This document shows positions 14,485 to 27,050 of a stretch of DNA of 64,000 nucleotides, piece after piece; position 1 is the stretch's first letter; every line of letters starts with the position of its first letter. A program made the translations under genes and the position numbers. The notes below the pieces were generated by a model. That model saw only the letters and a program-made list of their open reading frames with translations, did no database searches and was not told where the DNA came from. This DNA comes from Macrostomum lignano (lineage: Eukaryota): assembly GCA_002269645.1 (NCBI GenBank), contig NIVC01002823.1:73874-137873 (forward strand), given 5' to 3'.

Positions 14485-17400
14485 TTTTGTACTTTTAACT
14501 CTCAGATCGGGTCTTAGCAGATTCTATAGTTATGCATGCAAGGGCCCCTCAGAAGAGATGCTTAAACACTGCAGTGCATTTTTCCTAGCAATTATTGGGA
14601 CACGAAGTGTTGGGCCACTGTGTGTGTGTCTAGTTTTTTCCGCATTTGTTAAGTCACCTAAAGAACTCAATTAATAAAGGGCTCCAGAACAAATTGATGG
14701 GCAAACGGATGACACACTGCACAGAGACTTGTTGGGACAGATTAAAAACAGCTTATTTTAGAATGGGTACACTTTACTAAAGTAGAATGCTCCTATAGAA
14801 AGCTGCAAGCAAACTAGCATCTTCTGGAGCTGACATGCAGAGAAGAATGATTTTGTCGTCCTTGAAATCACTAAATCGATATGCGAAATCGATCTTTTGC
14901 TAATCCCACCACAGGTTCCAGTGAAAAGAAGAAACGAAACCCATTGACTAAATTGGCAGTCGACTCAATCGATGCCGACTGCAACTGACCTGTCAGCTTC
15001 GAACTCAGGAGAGCAGCTAATAGACTACGAGAGTAATGCTAGATGCCAGAATGCTTCACAGCATCAAAGTCTTAAGCAGAAGCTTCAATGAAAGGTTAGT
15101 TCATGCTGTGGCTGCATTCGTTTTCGTGTCTAGAAGCGTTATAACTTTTTGTACTTTTAACTCTCAGATCGGGTCTTAGCAGATTCTATAGCTATGCATG
15201 CAAGGGCCCCTCAGAAGAGATGCTTAAACACTGCAGTGCATTTTTCCTAGCAATTATTGGGACACGAAGTGTTGGGCCACTGTGTGTGTGTCTAGTTTTT
15301 TCCGCATTTGTTAAGTCACCTAAAGAACTCAATTAATAAAGGGCTCCAGAACAAATTGATGGGCAAACGGATGACACACTGCACAGAGACTTGTTGGGAC
15401 AGATTAAAAAACAGCTTATTTTAGAATGGGTATACTTTACTAAAGTAGAATGCTCCTATAGAAAGCTGCAAGCAAACTAGCATCTTCTGGAGCTGACATG
15501 CAGAGAAGAATGATTTTGTCGTCCTTGAAATCACTAAACAGATATGCGAAATCGATCTTTTGCTAATCCCACCACAGGTTCCAGTGAAAAGAAGAAACGA
15601 AACCCATTGACTAAATTGGCAGTCGACTCAATCGATGCCGACTGCAACTGACCTGTCAGCTTCGAACTCAGGAGAGCAGCTAATAGACTACGAGAGTAAT
15701 GCTAGATGCCAGAATGCTTCACAGCATCAAAGTCTTAAGCAGAAGCTTCAATGAAAGGTTAGTTCATGCTGTGGCTGCATTCGTTTTCGTGTCTAGAAGC
15801 GTTATAACTTTTTGTACTTTTAACTCTCAGATCGGGTCTTAGCAGATTCTATAGCTATGCATGCAAGGGCCCCTCAGAAGAGATGCTTAAACACTGCAGT
15901 GCATTTTTCCTAGCAATTATTGGGACACGAAGTGTTGGGCCACTGTGTGTGTGTCTAGTTTTTTCCGCATTTGTTAAGTCACCTAAAGAACTCAATTAAT
16001 AAAGGGCTCCAGAACAAATTGATGGGCAAACGGATGACACACTGCACAGAGACTTGTTGGGACAGATTAAAAAACAGCTTATTTTAGAATGGGTACACTT
16101 TACTAAAGTAGAATGCTCCTATAGAAAGCTGCAAGCAAACTAGCATCTTCTGGAGCTGACATGCAGAGAAGAATGATTTTGTCGTCCTTGAAATCACTAA
16201 ATCGATATGCGAAATCGATCTTTTGCTAATCCCACCACAGGTTCCAGTGAAAAGAAGAAACGAAACCCATTGACTAAATTGGCAGTCGACTCAATCGATG
16301 CCGACTGCAACTGACCTGTCAGCTTCGAACTCAGGAGAGCAGCTAATAGACTACGAGAGTAATGCTAGATGCCAGAATGCTTCACAGCATCAAAGTCTTA
16401 AGCAGAAGCTTCAATGAAAGGTTAGTTCATGCTGTGGCTGCATTCGTTTTCGTGTCTAGAAGCGTTATAACTTTTTGTACTTTTAACTCTCAGATCGGGT
16501 CTTAGCAGATTCTATAGCTATGCATGCAAGGGCCCCTCAGAAGAGATGCTTAAACACTGCAGTGCATTTTTCCTAGCAATTATTGGGACACGAAGTGTTG
16601 GGCCACTGTGTGTGTGTCTAGTTTTTTCCGCATTTGTTAAGTCACCTAAAGAACTCAATTAATAAAGGGCTCCAGAACAAATTGATGGGCAAACGGATGA
16701 CACACTGCACAGAGACTTGTTGGGACAGATTAAAAACAGCTTATTTTAGAATGGGTACACTTTACTAAAGTAGAATGCTCCTACAGAAAGCTGCAAGCAA
16801 ACTAGCATCTTCTGGAGCTGACATGCAGAGAAGAATGATTTTGTCGTCCTTGAAATCACTAAATCGATATGCGAAATCGATCTTTTGCTAATCCCACCAC
16901 AGGTTCCAGTGAAAAGAAGAAACGAAACCCATTGACTAAATTGGCAGTCGACTCAATCGATGCCGACTGCAACTGACCTGTCAGCTTCGAACTCAGGAGA
17001 GCAGCTAATAGACTACGAGAGTAATGCTAGATGCCAGAATGCTTCACAGCATCAAAGTCTTAAGCAGAAGCTTCAATGAAAGGTTAGTTCATGCTGTGGC
17101 TGCATTCGTTTTCGTGTCTAGAAGCGTTATAACTTTTTGTACTTTTAACTCTCAGATCGGGTCTTAGCAGATTCTATAGCTATGCATGCAAGGGCCCCTC
17201 AGAAGAGATGCTTAAACACTGCAGTGCATTTTTCCTAGCAATTATTGGGACACGAAGTGTTGGGCCACTGTGTGTGTGTCTAGTTTTTTCCGCATTTGTT
17301 AAGTCACCTAAAGAACTCAATTAATAAAGGGCTCCAGAACAAATTGATGGGCAAACGGATGACACACTGCACAGAGACTTGTTGGGACAGATTAAAAACA

Positions 17401-18362
17401 GCTTATTTTAGAATGGGTACACTTTACTAAAGTAGAATGCTCCTATAGAAAGCTGCAAGCAAACTAGCATCTTCTGGAGCTGACATGCAGAGAAGAATGA
17501 TTTTGTCGTCCTTGAAATCACTAAATCGATATGCGAAATCGATCTTTTGCTAATCCCACCACAGGTTCCAGTGAAAAGAAGAAACGAAACCCATTGACTA
17601 AATTGGCAGTCGACTCAATCGATGCCGACTGCAACTGACCTGTCAGCTTCGAACTCAGGAGAGCAGCTAATAGACTACGAGAGTAATGCTAGATGCCAGA
17701 ATGCTTCACAGCATCAAAGTCTTAAGCAGAAGCTTCAATGAAAGGTTAGTTCATGCTGTGGCTGCATTCGTTTTCGTGTCTAGAAGCGTTATAACTTTTT
17801 GTACTTTTAACTCTCAGATCGGGTCTTAGCAGATTCTATAGCTATGCATGCAAGGGCCCCTCAGAAGAGATGCTTAAACACTGCAGTGCATTTTTCCTAG
17901 CAATTATTGGGACACGAAGTGTTGGGCCACTGTGTGTGTGTCTAGTTTTTTCCGCATTTGTTAAGTCACCTAAAGAACTCAATTAATAAAGGGCTCCAGA
18001 ACAAATTGATGGGCAAACGGATGACACACTGCACAGAGACTTGTTGGGACAGATTAAAAACAGCTTATTTTAGAATGGGTACACTTTACTAAAGTAGAAT
18101 GCTCCTATAGAAAGCTGCAAGCAAACTAGCATCTTCTGGAGCTGACATGCAGAGAAGAATGATTTCGTCGTCCTTGAAATCACTAAATCGATATGCGAAA
18201 TCGATCTTTTGCTAATCCCACCACAGGTTCCAGTGAAAAGAAGAAACGAAACCCATTGACTAAATTGGCAGTCGACTCAATCGATGCCGACTGCAACTGA
18301 CCTGTCAGCTTCGAACTCAGGAGAGCAGCTAATAGACTACGAGAGTAATGCTAGATGCCAGA
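14485..18362. repeat. 662-663 bp tandem array, about 5.9 near-identical copies
   Basis: ACTTTTAACTCTCAGATCGGG starts at 14491, 15153, 15816, 16479, 17141 and 17803. Copies differ by a few SNPs and the length of an A run. Confidence 0.98.
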
Positions 18363-18884
18363 GTGCTCTAAATAACGAGACTCCTGTTTTCTCACTCGAC
18401 CGGAATTTGTTGTTTAATCTGCTTAACTAATCTCTGCGTTTCAGTTTTTCAGTTTCACTGTCAATTTCAGGTTTTTTTCTAAGCGCAAGTGTAATTGAAT
18501 TCTTTATTCATATTAGTCAGGCATATTGCGTACAGCATTATAGCGTATTAGTTAAGGTAAAGGTAAATAGACTGCTTGTAACTAGTTTTTCCTTCATGTG
18601 GATTGGCTTTAACGAAGCCTTTTGTATTTCAAGTAATGCTGAATTCGCTGGACTGAGGACAATATAGTTACACGATGATATGCTATTCCTTCACTTTCAA
18701 TAGATCATACTATTAGTATGGGACGTGCTTTTTTATTTCAATGTATGCTTTTTTTCATCATTTAAATGCTAAAAATACTTAATAGGTCATTGCACTGTGT
18801 GTATGTGTGTGTTTTCGTGTGTCAAAAAAAATTGCAAAATAAGTGCCCACCATTGTATACCGTACCAACAAGTGCCCGGTGCGT

Positions 18885-18887
<3 letters not shown>

Positions 18888-18928
<41 letters not shown>
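18888..18928. repeat. (TG)n microsatellite
   Basis: Direct reading. Confidence 0.95.
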
Positions 18929-18930
<2 letters not shown>

Positions 18931-19507
18931 ATGAAGCAGCAAGTCCGTTTGCCCTTGTTTCCAATCACTCCCGCTCTCCCTCTCTCTCCTGATTTCCCCA
19001 GAAATGCGCGCCCCACCCCGATGCACCCAGAAGCGCCACCAAAGCGGAAAGTCCGTCTTTCAGTCATGCGGCGCCGCCGCCGCCGCCGCCGCCACCACCC
19101 ATGAGGAGCTTCAGTCAGCGAGCCCGGAGCCCCAGCTGCAATTATACTAACTTACACAAACAGACGGCCCATCTCTCTCTCTCTCTCTCTCTCTACCTTT
19201 TTCTAAGGTTGACGCGCATTTTGGTAGCCTAAACTTGAAGGCAGTTTTAGCTAAACACCTCACCTCAAAACCCTGCTTCGGATTTGACCGTCTGGCAACA
19301 GACTGGTGGGCAGGGGCCAGTCTGCGGTGCTGATATTAATACTTGGCACAGTTCCGCGAACTTCAAGACTGACGGTTGCACTTTTTTCACCGTCAACAGC
19401 CTAAAGACCGGCGTTGACAGGGGTGGGCAGCAACTGAAACAAATGGCTAAGTGATTTATGAGGTCGCCGCGCCTAGAGGTCGATTGGCTGACTGTCTTTT
19501 AGTAAGG

Positions 19508-19826
19508 GTGAATCAGGAAAAGTGACAGAGATTGGGAGTGAATCGGGGAGGGTGACAGAGATTGGGAGTGAATCGGGGAGAGTGACAGAGATTGGGAGTG
19601 AATCAGAGAGAGTGACAGAGATTGGAGTGAATCGGGGAGAGTGACAGAAATTGGGAGTGAATCAAGGAGAGTGACAGAGATTGGGAGTGAATCGGGGAGA
19701 GTGACAGAGATTGGGAGTGAATCGGGGAGAGTGACAGAGATTGGGAGTGAATCGGGGAGAGTTACAGAGATTGGGAGTGAATCGCGGAGAGTGACAGAGA
19801 TTGGGAGTGAATCAGGGAGAGTGACA
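19508..19826. repeat. 30-bp minisatellite (GTGACAGAGATTGGGAGTGAATCGGGGAGA), about 10 copies
   Basis: Direct reading. Confidence 0.95.
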
Positions 19827-21352
19827 ATTAATTAGAATGAATACCAAGGAGCGGCAAAGGCGTTTTGTATTTGAAAGCAAAAAAGTTAAGGAGGAGTGAA
19901 GTCACAGCGAAATCCATTTCAGCAAGCAGTTGCACCCATAATTTTCACTTTCTGTCCCCTCCTGCCGGGTGCAATCCATTATTTTCACGTTTGAAAATAG
20001 GAACGGCACGGGGCTTGGCAGTTCGAAGCAAGGAAGACGGAAACACAGCGCCGCGTGTCTAAACTGGGGGGGGGGAGCGGAGTGTTTCACTTAATGGGAA
20101 TTCCGCTGCCATACAATTGAGGTCATTAACCATGACGGAAGCTCTAGCTTGAAAAATGCACTTGCATATTGGTACACGCTAACTAAATAGCCATTATACT
20201 CCACCCAACTCCCACCCACACCCAGCCTGAACCCATCCCAATATCCACCCACTCAAACCCACACCCAAACCCAAACCCCCACACCCAAACCCCAGCCCAA
20301 TACCTAACCCAACTACTCCAAAGCAGCTGGCAGACGAGAGTGCAAAAGGCAGAATGATGCAGTGTTGTCAGGCTCAGCATGATTGCAGGAACATGGGAAC
20401 TGGGATTGCGGTGGAAAACGTGATAGTTAACAGCCACCAGGATTTGGCAAGCTGCCCCAGCCTCCCCGAATCAGCCGGCCGGCTCTGCCTCATCACCGAT
20501 TCCCGGCCATCTTCGGCCTTCAAGCCTGACCTCCCGCGGCTCCGCCACCAGCCCCCATTTCAAAGATCGAGGCATCGGTTTCCCCGAGAAAGCATATATT
20601 TTTACGGATTGGGGGATGCGGGTTATCCTGAGTTTTTTGAAGGATCCGAAATCAGCCTGGCCAGCCTGAAGAATGCAATTTTCCCAAAGCCAAAGATGCA
20701 GAACGGAGTGCAGCTGGGAGGGAAGAATTCGCCCCAGATGGGGAGGGGGATTGGAAAATTTCTACTGCAGAGGGCGGCAGTGAAAGGCCATCATCATGAG
20801 CCGTCAGGGCATTGCGGGAGCGATGGACTGGACTTGAATTTTTGCAGCATTCAGCCGATTACTTCGTCGGTAAGGTTGGATCGCACAGTTTAAGATTAAA
20901 AGTACATTTTGTTTTGCTCAGATTTGGTCTTTTCAATTACTAAATTTTAACGTAGATAAATTCAGCGGAATGAATTGCTGCAGGTGCAAAATCTATGAAG
21001 CTAAAAAAGGCCTGAGCAACGGAACCCTGTCCGGTTGGAAGTCGGACAGCTTCGAACCCAAAATGTCAAGTGCGGCCATTGCGCACCAACTATTACTATG
21101 GTGCTATATAATGAATACTAAATACTTAGCTGTAGTAAACAACAAATGCAGCACATCTTTTGGCAGCTTGCCAAACTCCCGTACAGCTAAAAGGTAACAC
21201 AGCACAACCGGTGCGTGGGACAACTTTCCTGCGATCCAATAAATTCGGTCACGGAGGGCCCCAGCGAACTGCTGCCCGGGTTCAACCCAGGCTGCCGCCG
21301 TGACTCTATGGCCACACGTTGGACCATCAGGAAAATTGGGGTAAATCCGGTA

Positions 21353-21465
21353 AGTCCTGAGACTCCGATGCAGTCCTGAGACTCTCCGATGTAGTCTTGA
21401 GACTCTCCGATGTAGTCCTGAGACTCTCCGACGCAGTTCTGAGACAGTCCTGAGACTCCCCCGAT
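21353..21465. repeat. Short dispersed copy (about 5 units) of the 19/21-bp GTCCTGAGACTC(TC)CGATG minisatellite
   Basis: Same unit and orientation as the array at 9300-11115. Confidence 0.9.
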
Positions 21466-23680
21466 GGAGCTTCTCCTTGATCTATAATTCCCCTGCACAT
21501 CACTTCCTTTTTCGACCTTCAAATGTACCTGAACTCGTATGTTACTATGATAGCTTCTAGCGGTACTCGTACACAAGACGCGCATTTCGAACAGAAAGTT
21601 CCTCAGCTGATAAAGTAAACAAATGAATTGCAGATAATTTGATAATTATCAAGCGATTTATCCCAAATCAAACCTCCCCCCCCAGATGCCATCCGGCATA
21701 GACTGTATGAGAATCGAATTTCCACCTGCCGCCGTGCAAAGAGTGATTAATGACTGATTGGCCGGCCTCTTATCTGTTGCGCATCATCTGCGACTGCCCT
21801 GCTTGTACGAAAGCCAGCTTTCTGCTTGGCGTTGGTTGCCTCAGTTTCTTCCCACGGGCCTCTGAATTCCCCCCCCCCCGCTCCGAAAGCTCTCTTACGA
21901 GCGTAGTAGACTATTTTAAAGTTTCAAAGGACCCGAGGTTCGGATTGAGAGGCTTCGCGGGCCGGAGTTTGCCGACCCCTGATCTAGGAAAACTTTTAGA
22001 TCAATTTAGGACAAATCTGCGGTTTAGACAGAATTTCTATTGACCCTTCTGTGGGCGCATCATGGGGGCGCCATCGTGAGGGCGCCAGCATCAAGGGCGC
22101 TACAGCTGCTTCAAAAGGGGGCACCTAATAGCAGGGGGTGGGGACGCCATAGTTCTCCAGCCGCTGGAAAAAGCGCATATCAGATACTTACTCTGGCTAT
22201 TTAAAATTCGGAGGTTCGCAATTTATTTTGCAGCGAAAACCACCCGGCCTGTAACAGCTTGCGCCCTCCTATACTTAAGCTGTCCATAGGAAATGCAGGT
22301 AACGCCGCTTGTGAACTGGCTATACAAAAGGTGCATGCAAATCAGGGGACAGATAAGATTTTTTGCCTAACAACGCCGGGACAGTCAGTGCAGTTCCAGA
22401 AGATCCCCCATGACGCATCCCCGTGCATTTTCTTTCATGATCACAAGCGCCGCGGGGTCTCCACATAAACGAATATAGATAGATCTCCTAACATCCCAGT
22501 CTGTTCCAAGTCGCACTGCAATCACCTGCCGGGGGGAGAGTCCGGGTGAGAGTGGAAGATAGGGGAAAATTGGAAGTGGCGGCCTGGTGCAGGCATGCAT
22601 TATCCTCGGTCATTAACATCGCACTGACGGCACCGAAGATCCAACAGGCTGCGCCATCTCATCTCCTTGAATGAGGTCCTACAGCAGGTTGCAAGTGTGC
22701 GACATTTCGGTCGCCTAGGGCAAGGATTTGCAAATGTGAAAAGGACAAAGAGCATTGGATCGGACAGCCATTGGTAAATACCGTTTTATCAGCGCATTAA
22801 TCAAGTCACGGATATGGCTTCATCATTTTATCGTTTTTACCGAAAGTTTTCTCGTCTAAAATTTGTGTTTCTTCAATTAAGTACAGTATAATAGTAGCCC
22901 TTCGCTGGAATTGGCTTGGTTATAGTGGTATTGTAAACAACCGAAGCCGCAGTACACCCTGAGTGAGTGCGTACGCATCCGTGTACAGCGAAATGACCAT
23001 GACAGACCACGCAGGCTGCAGGCGGACTGTCGCCGTGATGTGGGGCTCGTGTCCAAAGCTACGGTGATAACGGTGATGCACCCTCTAGTTTAAGTCTCCA
23101 TTGTTTATTCCGTGCGATTCTGACTACTGCAAGTAGGTCAGTGTAAACAAGTGTATGGCACTTGCACTTGACGTCTTAAGTTGCAGTCTTGCAGTTGACG
23201 TCTTAGACTGGCTCCGCCAACAAAGTAGAATAATAAGGCTAATAAGTCTGACACCATATAACACTTTATAGGTTCCAGAAAAAGGGCACAATGCATTAAT
23301 AAGCGCAGCCTGTCGAGACACAAAAATGTGCCAGAAAAAGCGTTCTCTGTAATTGCAACAATCATCTTTTGAAAGTAGAAAATTGTGGAAAAACTTCAAC
23401 AAGAAAAAAAGATCTGGTTTAAACTAATGCAAGACTATTAATATTGCCACTGCTATATTAAACAGTTAAAAAAAATGCGCAAAACAGCGCTTGGACCTGT
23501 AGCAGGAAGAGAACTGGGGGTTGAAAAAATCCAGTTGAAGATAACAAATGCGGAATTGATAAATAGATTCCGAACAAAACGAAGCATACAGTTCGCGGCA
23601 ATTCAAACAGATGTTGTGTCAACGTGCGGCTCACTCAGCTTCAGTTTGCAAGATAAGACAACAACAATCAGCCCAACGGA

Positions 23681-25108
23681 TCAATAGTAGCGACCCTGCT
23701 TGGCGGCAGCGGCAGAGTTGGGCGGCTCCGGACTGCGGCTTCGCTTGCTGGCAGCGGCGACGACAGCGGCACGGGGCGGCGGGTTCATTGGCTTGCGGAA
23801 CACGTCCTGGATGCCGCCACTGCTGCTGCTGCCGCCGCCGCCGGCGCCTCCGCCGCCGCGGCCGTGTGGAGGCTGCATCAGCGGCTGAGGCGATGGCGAG
23901 CGCGAGCTGACCGACTGGCGAAGGTAATCAGCGGTTGGCGAGCCCAGCTGCCACAGATAGTCTGACCGCGCCGGCGACGGCGGCCGAAGCGGCGGCGGTG
24001 GTGGCGGCGATAGGCGCCGTTTCTGCTGCTTTCTCAGCCGGCGCAGCATGAGGAACTCCTCCAGCCGGCGGGCGTCCTCGTCGGTGATGTCGTCCTCGCT
24101 GGCCGGGTCCTCGCCGATGCCATCATTATCTTCGTCGCTGTAGGCCTCGTAGCGAGTCTCAAATTCGTGGCGATTGCGCGGGCGGCGCGACGAGTCGCAC
24201 AAGCTGACGGAGCCCGACGGCAGCCGGCGGTCGTGCTGGCGCTCGTAGTCGCGGCCAGAGCTCGAAGGATAGCCGGGTCCGCTGTCGCCAACAGCTCGGC
24301 GGTGGCGATGGCTGCGGCGGCGTTGGCCAGAGCCGCTGCTGTCCCAACGCGAATTTCTGGCCTCGGCTGCTGGCACCGGAGGCATCAAAGTGATGGCGCT
24401 GGCGCCGCTAGACTCGGCTCGGCCGGTCCGATAGTCGCTACGGCGCTTGAACACCCGATCCAGGTGGTGCGCGTTGGCCGATTTAAACAAATTATACGAA
24501 TGGCCAGGCGAAACCAGGTGACCAGCGCCGGCCGTGCTGACTGGCCGCCTAGAGCTGGCGCGGCGCTGCTCATCCGGCGGCGAGTGAGTCGAATAGCGAC
24601 GCAGCGAATTGGCGGACCGGTGCGGCGCCCGGCCGCTTCTGCCGCTGTGCGGGTCGAATGCAAACTGCTCAGGCGGACTGAGCGGACTCTCCTGGCGGAG
24701 CTTGTCCAGGTACACAATCGAGCTGGTAGGACTCGAGCCAAGCGAGTCTGGCGCGTCTGGCAGGTCCCGATACTGGCTGAGCTGGGAATCCCGCTTGAGC
24801 GCGACCATCGAGTTGGCGCTGCCGCCGCCTGCCTGCGCTGCCGAGGCTGCCATCTTGGCCTCATCATTATATGGCGGCAGTGAATGTTTGCCCATCCAGC
24901 GGCGCATGTCCCGCAGGAACACGTCCAGATCGCCGCCGTGCGATGGGGCCAAGGGCCTGTAAGAAGAGGCCGACCGCCTCACCAGCTGCTGCTGCCTGTC
25001 GCTGCCTTGGGCATCGAAGGCGAGGTCAGCCAGGGAAGCGCGGTGACGCAGAGTCCTGTCCTCATCGCTCAAATGCTGAGGAGCTGGCAATTTGCTTGAG
25101 CTTGACAT
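23681..25108 (-). CDS. Uncharacterised 475-aa low-complexity/disordered protein (single coding exon as seen)
   Basis: ATG-initiated GC-rich ORF between AT-rich flanks, with GC-ending codon bias. A TTTTCAG acceptor-like site lies about 80 bp upstream of the ATG. No domain recognised. Confidence 0.8.
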   Translation of the reverse strand: MSSSSKLPAPQHLSDEDRTLRHRASLADLAFDAQGSDRQQQLVRRSASSYRPLAPSHGGDLDVFLRDMRRWMGKHSLPPYNDEAKMAASAAQAGGGSANSMVALKRDSQLSQYRDLPDAPDSLGSSPTSSIVYLDKLRQESPLSPPEQFAFDPHSGRSGRAPHRSANSLRRYSTHSPPDEQRRASSRRPVSTAGAGHLVSPGHSYNLFKSANAHHLDRVFKRRSDYRTGRAESSGASAITLMPPVPAAEARNSRWDSSGSGQRRRSHRHRRAVGDSGPGYPSSSGRDYERQHDRRLPSGSVSLCDSSRRPRNRHEFETRYEAYSDEDNDGIGEDPASEDDITDEDARRLEEFLMLRRLRKQQKRRLSPPPPPPLRPPSPARSDYLWQLGSPTADYLRQSVSSRSPSPQPLMQPPHGRGGGGAGGGGSSSSGGIQDVFRKPMNPPPRAAVVAAASKRSRSPEPPNSAAAAKQGRYY

Positions 25109-27050
25109 TTTAGTCTTTTATTGTCTTCAAAGCTGCTTGACTTGGCTTTGTTGCTTATTTTCTATCAGAACTTACTGAAAATTAAATAGAAGGCTTCTTA
25201 CTCATCATGATTATAGCAAAAAATAACTAAACTTCACTTTTGTTTCTTTGCTATAAGAATAAATAAAGAAATAAAACTAAAACAATACAAAAATTAATTT
25301 AAATAAATATGTAACCAAGAATTACTCAATACTTGTATGATTAATTAAAGAAAAACAAGCAAAAAATTCTAGCCTTCAGCACTATTTATTTTAGAAGTCA
25401 ATTTCAACTAAAAACACTGAAATTCAAATAAACCAGTTTCAAATATTTTGAATTTAGATCAAATAATTTTCTTATACCAGTATATATACCAACAGTTTTG
25501 CATATATTAAAACTATCTACTGAAAATCAAACTAAATTAAATTTTTAATATTGAATTTTTGTTTAATGACCAATGGCAATAAATCCACCATAGAGCATAG
25601 ATATTCTTAATTTACAATCATAAGCATAACCTTTTATTATTGAATGCTTTGGAATTAGTATTATTTAGCTAGGCACTACAAGTAGAACTAAGTAATAAAA
25701 AGAAAATCAATGACAATTGATACATTCATAACTTTATTCCATTCTTTGTTGTTTATTCTGTCATTTAAAATAGCATATAACAAGGGTATAAGTGCATTTC
25801 AAAAAGTGTTAGGTCGATTAGGATTGATGGAATGTAGGTCCCTATTAAAAGCAAGAATTAGATTTTCAGATATTTATTACACTATAGTAAAGATAGGCAC
25901 AATAATCCTTGTCTTCGAAAAATTAATCCCATTGCCCTCTTATTTTATATTCTCACCACACATATACTATAGATTGTTGCAAAAATATTTTAAAAGTAGA
26001 ATAAAAATTAGAACTATTAAAAATTGATAACCCTAGTGATTACAAAATACACATAAGTAATACAGCACATATTTACTATTAGTTTAAAACTATGCCATGA
26101 ATTGGTAGAATAACTAATAATTCAACTAGAAATGCGATAAATCAACTATATCGTTTATACTTAATTTTAAGGTACAATTTTTCAAGTGGAAGGCATAACA
26201 TTGTAATGATAAAAAAATACAGAACCCAACAAGAATCTATATATACCGAATACTGAACACTTATGTTTTCGGGTACTGTCGGGGAAATGGAAGATTTATA
26301 GAACTCGCTGTGCCACAGTAGAGTGTAGGATTAACTTGTTACAGCGATAATTGTCATGATATATACGAGTTAATAATCAGTTTTCACATAAAACAATATA
26401 AATCATCAGCAAGACGCTGACGCTATACGCTTTTGAATTTCATACGACAATATACCAAGCACATCCATAAAGCATATCTATCAAGTATTCATTAAAAACT
26501 AGATAAACTTGTAAGAATCGAATCGAATCGTGCGGTCGTGGCACCGCGAGCACATTTTTTTTATTTTCGTGCCTCCTAAACTGTACAGAATTTTTAGCAT
26601 GTTTGTTTGGTGCATTGAATAAAGAACCTACAGGAAGTAAATTTTGTTTCTTTATTAAAATCTGTAAAAGTTTTATTACATCGACAGATTGTTGTATTTT
26701 TGCATCATTTGTTTTTTCTCGGCATTTTATTTGCATTAGATCGCACAGAAATAAAAGTGTAGGAAGCGATCAGTTTCGCAGAAAAAGGGTTACCATCGCT
26801 TAACACATCGTAGACGTATATTGACAAGCAACGTCAGTGAACACGAACGAGATGCACCTTACATCCAACAGTATATCGAGGAATTGGAATCAGATTAGAT
26901 CTTAGTTTTATAGTTGATCTACCCCAGCTAGGTACTATTACCTATGTACCATGTCCATGTCCATAGGATATTGTCCCAATAGTTAAAGTTTCAGCAAAAT
27001 TTTACCTTACAAGTTCCATAAAATTATCTTTTTATATTTTACTTCAAAAC

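Noticed and set aside
20354-20893. 179-aa ORF
   Set aside because: No motif, no clear splice support, and no codon bias like the real exons.
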